This document shows, piece by piece, positions 1 to 11,809 of a stretch of DNA of 64,000 bases (position 1 is its first letter; every line of letters begins with the position of its first letter). The notes below the pieces were generated by a model, which was not told where the DNA came from, did no database searches, and worked only from the letters and a program-made list of their open reading frames with translations. Source of the DNA: Camelus dromedarius (lineage: Eukaryota). The stretch is from positions 36,332,001 through 36,396,000 of the forward strand of contig NC_087454.1 in NCBI RefSeq assembly GCF_036321535.1. Direction: 5' to 3'. Made by a program: the position numbers and the translations under genes.

Positions 1-2998
1 TTTCTCTGAGTATTGAGATTCAGTTGCACAGAAATCACAAAAACTTTTACCAGAGTCACTTTTCCAGAGGATTTCCTTTCCCACCCACATAAGTATGTAA
101 AGAGGAAGCTTCTGGGCCAGTTCGTCCTACTGCAAAGTAGAAATATGGCAGGTATCCAGTGTGTGTGAATAGTGTAAGTGGTAAGCCAAGATGATGGAGG
201 AACAAAACCTACTTTCTAAGTCATCAGATTTCATTGCCTACACATCTTTCTGGCATGGACGCATCTTGATTTCATTTGAACCATTTTTTTTTCAGCCATC
301 CACAAAATAAAAATGTAAGGCTTTTCCCAAGAAATATTGAGAAAAATAAATCCACATATAAACAGTCTGTCTACAGGATTGTTAGAGCAGCTCCAATTAT
401 AATGAAAGCAAGGTTTTTAAGCTTTCTTGCGTTATGAACATAATGCTCCCAGTATTTCAGAAGCCAGGGGTCTATTTATAATGGTCTGGGCCTCACCCTG
501 CCAAATCCTTAGCATGCAAACTGCAGCCAGAAAATCAAGGCTCCAAATTACACCACGTAGAATGCCAACGCAAGTTTCTTTTCCATTTCCCAAAGCGTAA
601 TAAGACGAAGCATTTTGAAAGCCCAGCTAAAAAAGGGCTTCCTCTGGAATCTTCAAATGTGTGAAGATTTCAAATGTATTCAGTCTTGATTTCTGGACTG
701 ACATCTACAGAAAGCAGCATTGAAATTATCTGAAACTGACTTCACGACAAAGAGGAAACAGCACAAAAAATCAGACGACACGAGGAAATTCAGCCAACGT
801 AAGATCTCACCTCTTTCTTGCAGGACACGTTAAGAGAGAACTCTTACCGGTTTCAAAAGAATAAAAAGAGCAGCAGTGATAATAAAAGATGTCAAGGTAA
901 ATGCGCCGGAGAACAAAGCACTGCCATTATACCTGCGATCGATAAACCTCAGGTGGTGAAGGGGAAGAAAATGGATGGCTGGCTGGCTGATGATAATAAC
1001 TAAAAAATAGAGCTGTGTTATTGAGTAAAATTAGCTCACTGAGAACCTTCCTTTCCACAGAAGTCGTAGTGAGAGTATTGGTTTTCCTACCCACGTGGTT
1101 TGAGGCCATTTCACAAACTGAAAAAACACCCAAACTCTGGAACTCGAGCTATTTTTTCCCTCTGTTTTCCATTTCAGCTATTGAATTAGTACCAAACCAC
1201 CACAACTCTCTGTTTAGTATTACCCAGGTTAAAAGCTATGGAGCGCTGAACATTTCCTTTATAAAAATATCTTTCTTCCTGGGAAGACTAAAAGTTTCCC
1301 TGGCTTGGATATTTCCAAAGTGTCTTCCGATCCCAAGATGAATTCAATGCTTTGATTCCGTATTTGCAACTTGAAAACGATACATTAATAAACATTCTGT
1401 TTAGCAGACATCGGGTTTTTCTAATTGCAATTCAAAGGCTACATGGAGGTACACCTTCCCCTACTGAGCAGGCATAGGGATTGTAAAATCGAACTCTGAG
1501 TCAGACCGTAACTTCCCACACCTACTAGCAGGGGAGAGAGAGCCTCGTTAAAACCTCCGGGCAAGTGGCTGGAGCTGACATGGTCCCCTTCAGAGCACTT
1601 CAGCACTTCCGGATCCCCCCAGAACCCCCTCCTTATCATGGACTCCTCAGGATCATTTATGACTTAAAGGACAGTTTCCAAAGAAGGTACCACTTAACAA
1701 GAAGACATCAATTGTATTAGCGGTACTTCCAGTATTCACATCGCTTATCGGTCCCCACAGTCGGCTGCTCTGCCTCTGTGCAATGGTGGAGGTTAGAGAT
1801 TACCCTTTCCTTTACCGCAGTGAAACAGACCAGATTTGAAGATGATCATTGAACCCAGAAATATTTCTATGCCATGGAAGTGCTCTCTTTTGTAGGACAG
1901 TATTATTCTTCCTGGAAGCCTTCTTTCTAGAGCTAGAAGATGTAAATAATCTCCTTTTTCTGCTTGTCCGATATCTATCTCCCCTGCCTTTGATAGAGTC
2001 CTTTCTCAGCATCCATCCTGCCACTAACACTCAACCAAAATCTCTACTTTTAGAGGTATTTTGGTAGGTTTTGCAAATCTAAAAGACCTTGTGAAACTAT
2101 ATTAGAAGACAACAGGCATTCTCATTCATCAAACGAGAACCTCCCAGGTCACTTATTTAAGAAGCACCCATAAATAGTATATCAAGGTTCTTGGTCTTTT
2201 CTTATTCGAGCCCTCAGTTTAGCCTCATAAATTCAGAAGCTTCTTCCATAGTGACCTAATATTTTCTCTGATTACTAAGGCTATTGATCTATTAACTAAT
2301 CTGTTATTCTTTCAAAACTTTAAGTCTTTTTAAAAGTATTTTTGTAGCACACTTCCAGGTAATGTATTCCCATGTAAGTTGATAAAATTCAATTTAACAC
2401 AGAGTCCTTTTCATTTGAAATATTTTCAATGTGTTGAAGAACAGGAATTCAGCCTGGGTTTTTAAAGCCAAGAGAGGATAAGAAAAGGAAAGACTGGTGT
2501 CATAGTCTTCAAACTTAGAAATGACTCCCTGAACAAGACGGCAGTGAAGAATCCCACAGAACAAGAGACAGGGATTTTCTGGTTATAAAAGCAGTGATAG
2601 ACAGGAACTCTCTCCAGACTTTGTCCAATTTTTAAAGGTCTATGTATGCATTTTATGGAGAATTTATGAAGTTCTCCCGCAAGAGGAATCACATCAGAAA
2701 GGCCACTCACCACCACGTTCAAAGGAGTTGGAAAACATGGTATGTGTGGATTACTCATCTTTTTAGAGAGAAGAGGCATGCACGGATGCTTTTGAAAAGT
2801 GCTTGCAAGGAGACTTCTCTGAAATTTAGATATAGGTCCCCATTCATAAGTCCTCTTGTCTTATGTCCGCGTTGACTTATGTTAAACCTCCTACTCTACC
2901 ATTTTCAGCATCAATTCGAAAGCTAATTTCAAAGGGACTAAAATCATCCTTAAGAAATCTTACCAATCAGCATGTCATTGAATTCACAGTCTTCTCCT

Positions 2999-3001
<3 letters not shown>

Positions 3002-3051
<50 letters not shown>
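3002..3051. repeat. (TG)25 microsatellite
   Basis: Perfect dinucleotide run. Confidence 0.97.
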
Positions 3052-3056
<5 letters not shown>

Positions 3057-3905
3057 CACAGCAATGACAGAGCTAAAGTCATGCTTCTGATTTTGAAACT
3101 TCTGTGTTATTTAAGGAGTTTGATCAATGCCTCCTCCCCATTACATCAGCAAGAAGACTTCCCCTGAGGCCAGTTAAAGGAATGAGGTTTACAGGCAAAG
3201 CAGGAGAGCAAGACTGGGAGGAGGCAGGAGCTGTGATTCAAATGTCAGAAAAGGGGAAGAAAATGCTCCCGGGTATCAAGCCCACTTCAGCACTGAGTAA
3301 CATAGGCACCTACTCTGTTGGGCTCAGTGACGCTGAAGCAGGAAGTCAGAGGCACAGAGATGTCTTGGATGTGCGTGCTTTTGTTCTCTAGAATCCTGTA
3401 GGTAGCTGTCAAGCTCACTTCACAATCACATACACACACATTCACACACAGACAAAATCAGGAGAAGATTGTGAATTCACTGACACGGTGATTGGTAAGA
3501 TTTCTTAAGGATGATTTTAGCCCCTTTGAAATTAGCTTTGAAATTGATGCTGAGTAATGTGACTTTTTTTTTTTTTTTAACAGCTCCTTCTTAGGATGCT
3601 CTGCTTATTTGAGCTTTGCCTTCTGCTGTATCTCAGGTACAAGGGCATTTCTCCGAGAAGTGCTCCAGTTAAACTCAGGAGTGCACATAAGCCCCAGGAT
3701 ACTTTTCAGTAAGTAGATTGGTTTGTAAGTAGGACTTCTTTTTCTTTAATTAAAAAGTGAGACAGTAACTTTCAAATTTCCTGATCCTTAATTAAGGAAC
3801 TGTGATTATTTCTCAGAAACGTAGGTAGACATTGGCCACAAGGAGATTTGAAGAAGCTTCATAGGATGAAGTTTGGGGTAACAGTGGGCTCTCCATTTGA
3901 AAAGA

Positions 3906-4155
3906 CTGGGAGTTCGAAATTTGTAGATACTGACAGGCATGTGTAGAATAGATGAACAAGATTATACTGTATAGCACAGGGAAATGTATACAAGATCTTG
4001 TGGTAGCTCACAGTGAAAAAAATGTGACAATGAATATATGTATGTTCACGTATAACTGAAAAATTGTGCTCTACACTGGAAATTGACACAACATTGCAAA
4101 CTGACTGTAACTCAATTAAAAAAAAAGTTAAAATAAAAAAAAGAAAAAAAAGAAA
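3906..4155 (+). mobile_element. Young camelid-type L1 3' UTR fragment with A-rich tail
   Basis: actgggagttcgaaatttgtagatactgac...gacacaacattgcaaactgactgtaactcaattaaaaaaa, related to the other L1 3' ends in this window. Confidence 0.88.
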
Positions 4156-4699
4156 AGTACTTAACACATTTCTGGAAGAAAATGCTGATAATTATTTGGA
4201 AGCATTCTCTAAATTTGCCAAGAACCATCGCCAATATTGGCCCAATGATCGCTTTTTGATTCGGAAGCCAGTGGTTTTAAAAACTTTTGATTTATTATAC
4301 CTTTAGACCATCTATGTGATTTAAAAAATTAAAATGGGAAGAAATACATTGAGTAACTTTTTTGTCTAATGCCTGGGGATTTATTTGACTAGATAAAATA
4401 CAACATGGCTGATTTTTGTTTTGTCTTGTTCTGTTTTGCTTTTTTTGGAGAGGAGGGAAATGCATATGATTTTTTTTCTTTTCTCTCTCTCTCTCTTTTT
4501 CTTTTTTTTTTTTTTTTTTTTTTTTGGAGGGGTGCAATGCCTAGGAGGCTTTGGCATTCATAGACCTAGCAAAGGAACAAAGCTTGGATCGAGATTAAAT
4601 GTAACAATGTATAGAATATACAAAGTGTCTCACTGAGTGCCCTGCATATCACAGGCTCTCAATAAATGATGATAGTTTAAAACACTTAGTTCCTATCGT

Positions 4700-4870
4700 G
4701 TGTCTGTCTACATTTTCACTCGTATAATCCTCGCGCCATGAGGTAAATGGGGACATCGTTATCCTCACTTCACAGACAGGAAACTGAAGCACAGAGAAGT
4801 TAGGGCAACTTGCCCACAGTCAGCAGCTGGCAGATGCCAGGGGCGGGGCGTTGACTCCAGCCATCTGCTG
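4700..4870 (-). mobile_element. MIR SINE
   Basis: MIR core: atcctcacttcacagacaggaaactgaagcacagagaagttagggcaacttgcccacagtc. Confidence 0.8.
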
Positions 4871-4999
4871 GGTTGATAAACACGACGGATCGCAAGGGCG
4901 GGTTTGCCAACTGCAGACAGTGACCGGATGGGGCTGGGGAGATGGGAAGGCTGTGGACCACATGGGCTCGTCAGACATTCGAAGGCGTTTTCTTTTTTA

Positions 5000-5170
5000 T
5001 CCTAGGGCACTGGGAAGTCACTGAGAGGTTTTTAACCAGGGAAGTCCATGAACAGATGTGCCAGATTCTTACTTGACTGCAGGATGGAGAACAGGTTTCA
5101 GGAGGCAGAGTGGCTCTCAGACAACCAGGTAGGAGGCTTGTACAGTCTAACAGGAGAGACAGTTTCCCGG
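5000..5170 (-). mobile_element. L2 fragment
   Basis: gggaagtcactgagaggtttttaaccaggg...ttgactgcaggatggagaac resembles reverse-strand L2. Confidence 0.6.
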
Positions 5171-8100
5171 GTCCAGGAAGGTCACATGACAATGAAGAGA
5201 TGCTTCGGGGAGCCTTTCCTTAGAGCATCACTTTCCTGTAACTAAAACTCACGTTCACAAAAGTTCCATCATCTGCTGAGGCCCCTGAAAGCCACTGAAC
5301 ACTGCAGCAGAAATGGCTCATTTAATCAAAAGTCAGCCTAAATGCCACTTTCTCTAAGGAGCCTTCCCTGAACAATGATCCTGGGTGAGATGGGGAGGCG
5401 CCCCTGCTCAGTGTTCTGGTCTTCACCCCTCACAGCGTCGTTCAGCATCATCTGTGTGGAATAGCCTTTTACTGTCCTGTCTCCTCTGATGCACGCGGGC
5501 TCTTTGGGAGCCACTTGCCATCTGTCGTGGAACCTCCAGGGCTCCAACAGGGCCCGCCAGTCGTTACTTCATGGACGCTGAGTGCCTATTGGATGGACAA
5601 GTGTAGTTAATTCGCTCAAGCAAATTTGAACGTGGGAAAACCTGAGATGTATGTGCATTTGGGTGAGGAGCTTTGCTGTCTGCGGGTGTGTGAGCCTTTG
5701 GCAGGAGGCGGGGAGGTAGGCGGACCTCCCTTCTGTAGGAAGTCATCTCTGACTGCTTAGTAAATCATTACACTAGGCAGTGAGTTCCGTGGCATTGTTT
5801 TTTTTTTCTCTCCTGCAGCCTTACCTCTACCTAAATCAATTGTCCCCTCGTGTCACCACCCACACCCACCTTTAGTAAGCAGTAGACTTCCTCACGTTTA
5901 CAAAAGATTCTGTATTTCACTGGACTTAATAAACTCAAAGAAATCCTCATAGAGAGAAGTCCTTTGGAAGTGTGATTTCAGTTTGTGACTTACAGAATGA
6001 ACAGTAGAATCTTCTGCCCACATACACTCGTTCTGTGTAAGCAGTTAGATGTATTTTGTGAAAAAAAGTCAAATGGTTGTTTGATTACTTGACCTATTTC
6101 TAAAGTCAACTGGAGTGGATATTTGTTGAATAAACATTTGTTGAATTTATTGAGTGCCTGTTATATGCAATTTCCATAAGGGCTACACAAATAAAAATAA
6201 AATGTTTATTCCAAATAAAAGAATGTCCCTCTCAAGAAGATGAAATTCATGTGTAAGCTTATAAGAATAAATTTTATATTCTAATGACTTGAAGAAAAAA
6301 ATATAGCCACCCATGACTTCCGTCTGCTATACTTCATGCAATGTTTCCAATCACAAAGCAGTTTTTATATTGAAACAAACAAAAAATCTAAAGATTTGTT
6401 GAAGAGTGGTCTAGATTTTCTAAGCCAGTAGAACTACAGAAGTAAGCACTAAAATCATCATTATGACTTTGCAAGAGACCATATTGTCTCATTTATAAAG
6501 ACTCATTTTGAATTGTAGCAGATATAGAATCTAATCCTGTCCTTTATTTATTGGGGAGTGGGGAGCCCTCAATTCACTTATCTCTAAGGAAGAACAATAA
6601 TGCTCATCTTCAGCTGCAAGAATTGAAGAAAATAATGCACCTTAAATGTCTAGCATCATGCTTAACACTCAACAGCAATTAGCCAGAATCTGCAGACTGA
6701 CAGGTAGATCCAAAACTAAATCTGTATTTGAGACCTCAGCCACGGTCCTTCAGAGTAAGCCATGTCCACACTATAGCTGGATGCGGGATTTTGGGGGGAA
6801 TATGCCAGAAATGGTGGAGAAACAAGAAGGGGGGGTCAGAGTGGGCTGCATTTTTATGAGTGTCATTCCCCCATAGAGATTTCTTTCTTGGGTGGGAGGA
6901 AGAATCAGGGAGTGGATGACATTCCAAATGAAGCCAGAAAGACTGACCATCTCTAATACATACAAGGGCTGAAAACAACCAACCAATAGGGATTGTCATT
7001 CTGTGATACATGGCATCAGTTACAGGCACTTTGGAAAGTCTGGACCAGTGAACCCACGGAGAGCAGCTGGTTGCCTCAGGTCTGCGGTGACGCGTGTAAC
7101 TAACACCCAGGAAAGTATGACTGAGCCCGCAGGTCCCATCTCCTCTCTCCACGTCGCCTTAACTCCCTTTTGTCCAGAGAGCTGGGAGAAATGGAAAAGA
7201 GAAGACTGCCCTGGATTTATCATCACAGAGCATCTACTTGACAACATTCATGACGCTGATCAATCTCTTGAGGTGGAACATAAGCTGTGCTGGGAATGTG
7301 GAGAGAGAAACCCAACAAAGAAAGAGCAGCTGTGGTCAAGACCCGGTCCCTCTGAATTATGATCCACTGAAATCGCAAAATCATGGGTATTAAGGAGTCA
7401 AAAAGCAGATTTACGAATCAAATTCTGGACTGCAGAATATCTGTTATATTTAGTTAAAAATCTGCTACTAAGCTTCTCTGTCTGAAGAGGGACCCGTATA
7501 TTTCAGATCCTCTGTAACAAGTCACATTGAGAGAAATGGTGGATGGGAGACCCACCACCTACATGTATTGGTGACCATCCATTCCAAGAAGGTGTCTCCA
7601 TGCCCGCATGCTAGTGTTTAAATACAGGCTACCCATTAACATTTAAATCACTGATCATAAATCTGGGATCATCAATAATATTACTGCCGATCAGCAAACT
7701 GAGAAGGAAATCATGGGACCCCGCAAGCCCTATGGAAGATGTCCTGATGCTTCGAGGAGAGGTCAGTCACTGGTGGAGGGAGACCTTCTGTCTGTTCTGG
7801 GCTCCACCAGTAGATCAGTCTTGGGCTTGCTGGGTTGTAAAGCTGAGCTGCTGGGACGGTTCTGTTCTTACATTAGCCAAAAAACGACAAATAAAAATAA
7901 AAACAACTCTGGATTGGTAAAAATAAATTAATTAAAAAGCACACACACAAAAATCATTAGCAATCATTTAAAAGATTTTCAACATCCTCTGCTTAAAAAA
8001 AAAAGAAACACAAGTCCAAGAGAAATAAATATAAAATACATCTAAATGTCATTAATTCTGGAAAAATAAATATTCAGCTGTCCATTTAACCGGTAGCACT

Positions 8101-8269
8101 TTGCCAAGCAAGGGACAAAAATGCCTGAAAGTAGCTAGAAATCCTTCAAACATTCTAAAGCTAAGCCTTGCTTGGAGCAAATGTTATGGCTGAAATGGTG
8201 AACTCAGAGAATTAACTGCTTGGCTGTCTTTCTTTTCTCCCTACCTATTTCATTAATAAATGACTTTTT

Positions 8270-8433
8270 TTTTTTAAAGCTTGTGGTATCTTCTTTTTTT
8301 TTAATAATTTTTTAGGGGGAGGAGGCAATTAGGTTTATTTATTTATTTTAATGGTGGTACTGGGGATCAAACCCAAGACCTTGTGCGTGCTAAGCATGTG
8401 CTCTGCCACTGAGCTATCCCCTCTCCCTCCAAA
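8270..8433 (-). mobile_element. tRNA-Ala-derived camelid SINE (vic-1 type) with TSD
   Basis: Reverse-strand head GATAGCTCAGTGGCAGAGCACATGCTTAGCACGCACAAGGTCTTGGGTTTGATCCCCAGTACC followed by an AAATAAATAAACCTAATTGCCTCC tail. aaatgacttttt is duplicated at about 8258-8269 and 8434-8445. Confidence 0.92.
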
Positions 8434-10304
8434 AAATGACTTTTTGGTTTGAATAATAAAGCTAGAAAGACTGGTAAATTACTATTAGAGAGGAGAGGGC
8501 TTTTCGATTGGTTTTGTGACTATAGTAAATAGATGATAGCTCTGGCCAGTTACAAGGCTGAAAAATACCTCTACGACTTGGTACCTTGAACATATTATAA
8601 ACACCAAGATGAGTGCTGACTGTCATAGTGTTTTATTTCAAAGGGAGAGAGTTTTCATGAGAACTAAATACTATTGACATCATTTCGGGGATAGGTAAAT
8701 AGAGATATTTTGAATACACACAAGAGCATATTCACTATTGTGTAAAAGTAAATTTTAAATAATATGCAATGAAACTTTGAGGACAAAAATAGATTGTGTT
8801 TCCTCAGGGATGCCAAAATAAAATAGGAATTCATTAAGGCAATTTATTAAAGTGAATAAAATACCTATTAACCAAGGTACGTGCCCAAATCTCTACGTTC
8901 TTTTCAGTCTGTACGTAGACTCCAATATTCCTGCTAAAGTTAAGAGGAGTTTGCTGTTTGCATATAAAGTACACACTCTTAAATTTTAAATACATCTGTT
9001 CTTAGCCATAAATGATTTTCCTCTTGTGTATAACACAAGATAAGGTTAAAATAATTTTAAAGGAGTGTGTTTATCTGTAAAACAGGCATGACACAGTATA
9101 TGAATATGTTTCAAAAAGTTGCCCCAATAGAGCAGATCCTTGATATTTTATTATTTCTCATTGAAGCATCCCTTGCACGAAGGTCTCTTGTAATATCAGA
9201 GAGCAATGAAAATTACGCACAAACCAACAGCAAGGAATAATATTCTGCTTGATGAAAACATGATATTGAACACTTACCTCTCTAAGATTTCTCATGAATT
9301 CACAAGGATAATTACACCGTCCTCACCTGTGGAAGTTACTGAAAGGAAGAGTTTTCAATGGAAAATGATTGTAATGAGAAGGTCAAGAAAAGTTCTGAAG
9401 AGTAGCGAGGATTTGGAGTTACACAACTTTCTTTTAAAAGTGTGACATCAGGGCTGTAGATTTTCCTAACATTTGGGGTCAGGATGTGAGGCCAGGCAAA
9501 AGGGCAAAGATGATTCCAAACCAGTAGATTAATTTACTTTTAGCCAATTACAGTGAATATCCCATCAAGGCTGTTTACATTTCTGCTGTCATCTGCATGC
9601 ATTAGCGCCAGGTTAACGCGCAAGCCATGAGCCGTGGGACGGCTTCATAAATCTCACTGTCCTTAGATAGCGAAGTCCAGTGCCCTCGCCTTACTTCCTG
9701 GGAATAACCTTTGATCTTCAGATCAACAGTAAAAATAATTACTGACTGTGGCCCAAGCGGGATTAGTCACTTCGGTTCTGAGGGGCTGCACAGCTGGAGA
9801 CAGATGTGCAGGTCTCCCGCCCGGATCCTAAAGGATCTTCCTCGAGCGTTTATATCTTGCTTGTCATTCGTTTATCGCAGGCCAAATGTTTCTCTTTTGT
9901 AAACGTGTGTAAAACATTCTCAGAATTTCAAACCATAACAAACCGGGGCTGAACGTGGACGGAATGCAAAAAGGAAATCTCCCATCTGTCCAAATCGAGC
10001 GGTTGTGTTATCAGAAAAGGAAGACTGAAAAAACACACACCACCACACAGCCCCTCACACACACACACATTATTTTAATATAGATTTCATGGGGAGAATA
10101 CTAGTCAGATAAAATGCCAAAAGTTTAAATAAGAAGGAAATTACTTAAAAGGTGTTAACTCACGAAATTAATCTTTATTGTTAAATTGGCTTTTCTTCCT
10201 TTCCTTTTTATGCATCATATTGTTATTAATCTTAGTTTTAGGGAAAATATATCCACATTAATACTATATCCCATGTGCAGTTTTATATTTATTATTGATA
10301 CCTC

Positions 10305-10870
10305 AATATGTTCATTTATTCAGAGATTATTCATTCATTTATTCAATAAGAATTATTTAGGGTCTGTTAAGTGCAGGGCACAGTTCTAGGCAGTTGAGGA
10401 CAACAATGTGGACAATACTGAGCTTAAGTCCACAAGCTCAGAGGGGATACAGCTTCTACTGAGAAGAGACAGGCAGTAAACGAATTTATAAACAAGTTAA
10501 TTTCTGGTGGTGATTGATGCAGGGGTAACACCAAAACTGAGTAACAAGAGAGAGTGACTGGGGTGGGTGGGCAGCCTGAGTTAAGTAAGTTACCCATCCA
10601 GGTGGACCTCCCTGAAATTGGTGTCTCCTGGCGCAAGTCTGAATGATGTAAAAGAATCAATCACGAGAGAACTGGGATTAAAATCTGTCTAGGCAGAATG
10701 AGCTGCAAGTGCAAAGGCCCTGTGGGAGCATCAGCGTGATGTGTTTAAGGAACAGCCAGCCAGCCAGCCAGCAAACCAGAGCTCAGTTGCTGAGGGGACT
10801 CGCAGGCACCGATTTTCACTGCACCTGAGAGGCTTCGGTAAGGAGATCTGACTTTATTTTACATGTATTT
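10305..10870 (-). mobile_element. L2a 3' end
   Basis: attcattcatttattcaataag...cacagttctaggc...gcaaaggccctgtgg, typical reverse-strand L2a 3' end. Confidence 0.8.
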
Positions 10871-11809
10871 TGGGTTTTCCTAAGCATATTTTGAATCTTT
10901 TCCCCTAATGATCATTGATAGCATGGAAAGACTAGAACTTTCTCTTTATAAGTTAATGGATAAGAAAGAAAAATAGGTACAGTGAGACCTATTCTAACAT
11001 TTTTAAAAAATCACTTAACAGACTCTTCTTGTTCTGAAAAAGAAATATAGAATCCAGCCAAATCTTTTTTTTTTTTTTTTTTTTTTCTATTTCCTTAGGC
11101 TATTGTCAAACACGAAGCGATAAGGGAAATTTCAGGTTAGATTTCACAACTGTCAAAAACCTCTTGGGGCTGATTTTTACATTTTATTGAGTTTGGCTCC
11201 TGGATTGTCTGATTTGCCAGAAGTGACTTGACTTGGGTATCACACAGACGCAGACTAAATAAATTTGCAGTATTTCAGGAATTCTATTGTTTTCATTCGG
11301 TTGTTCACCAGACCTCAGCCCACTTCTTCCTCACTTGAGCAACAACCATCCTGGGGTCACGCCTTACTTGAAACTAGCTCGTGATTGACATCGTTTTTAA
11401 ACTCAAGTTATAAGTTCCCCAAGAAATTAATAGCATTTTACTACAGAATTCATTAAATTAATACTCTTTTAATTTAGCTTCCCAAAGTTAATAACTTTAT
11501 GCTGATTGAAATCCAATACACAACTTGCAAAAACAATCAGAAAAAATAGAAACAAATCTCACGTGGAATTCCACAACTCAGAGATAACCACAGTTAATAT
11601 TTTGGGTTCTGCCTTCCCTATATTAAACTTTTTTAAGTCTGCCTACTTTCTTACGATATTTTTGTTTTTTTGTTCCATTTTAACTGAATTTACAGGGTTT
11701 CATATTCTTTGAAGACACAGAATTATTGGTGATAATTGATGAGCCACAATTATAGAACCAGTATCTTACAACCAGATCTTAAAATGGCTCTAAATATTCC
11801 CTTTTATTT

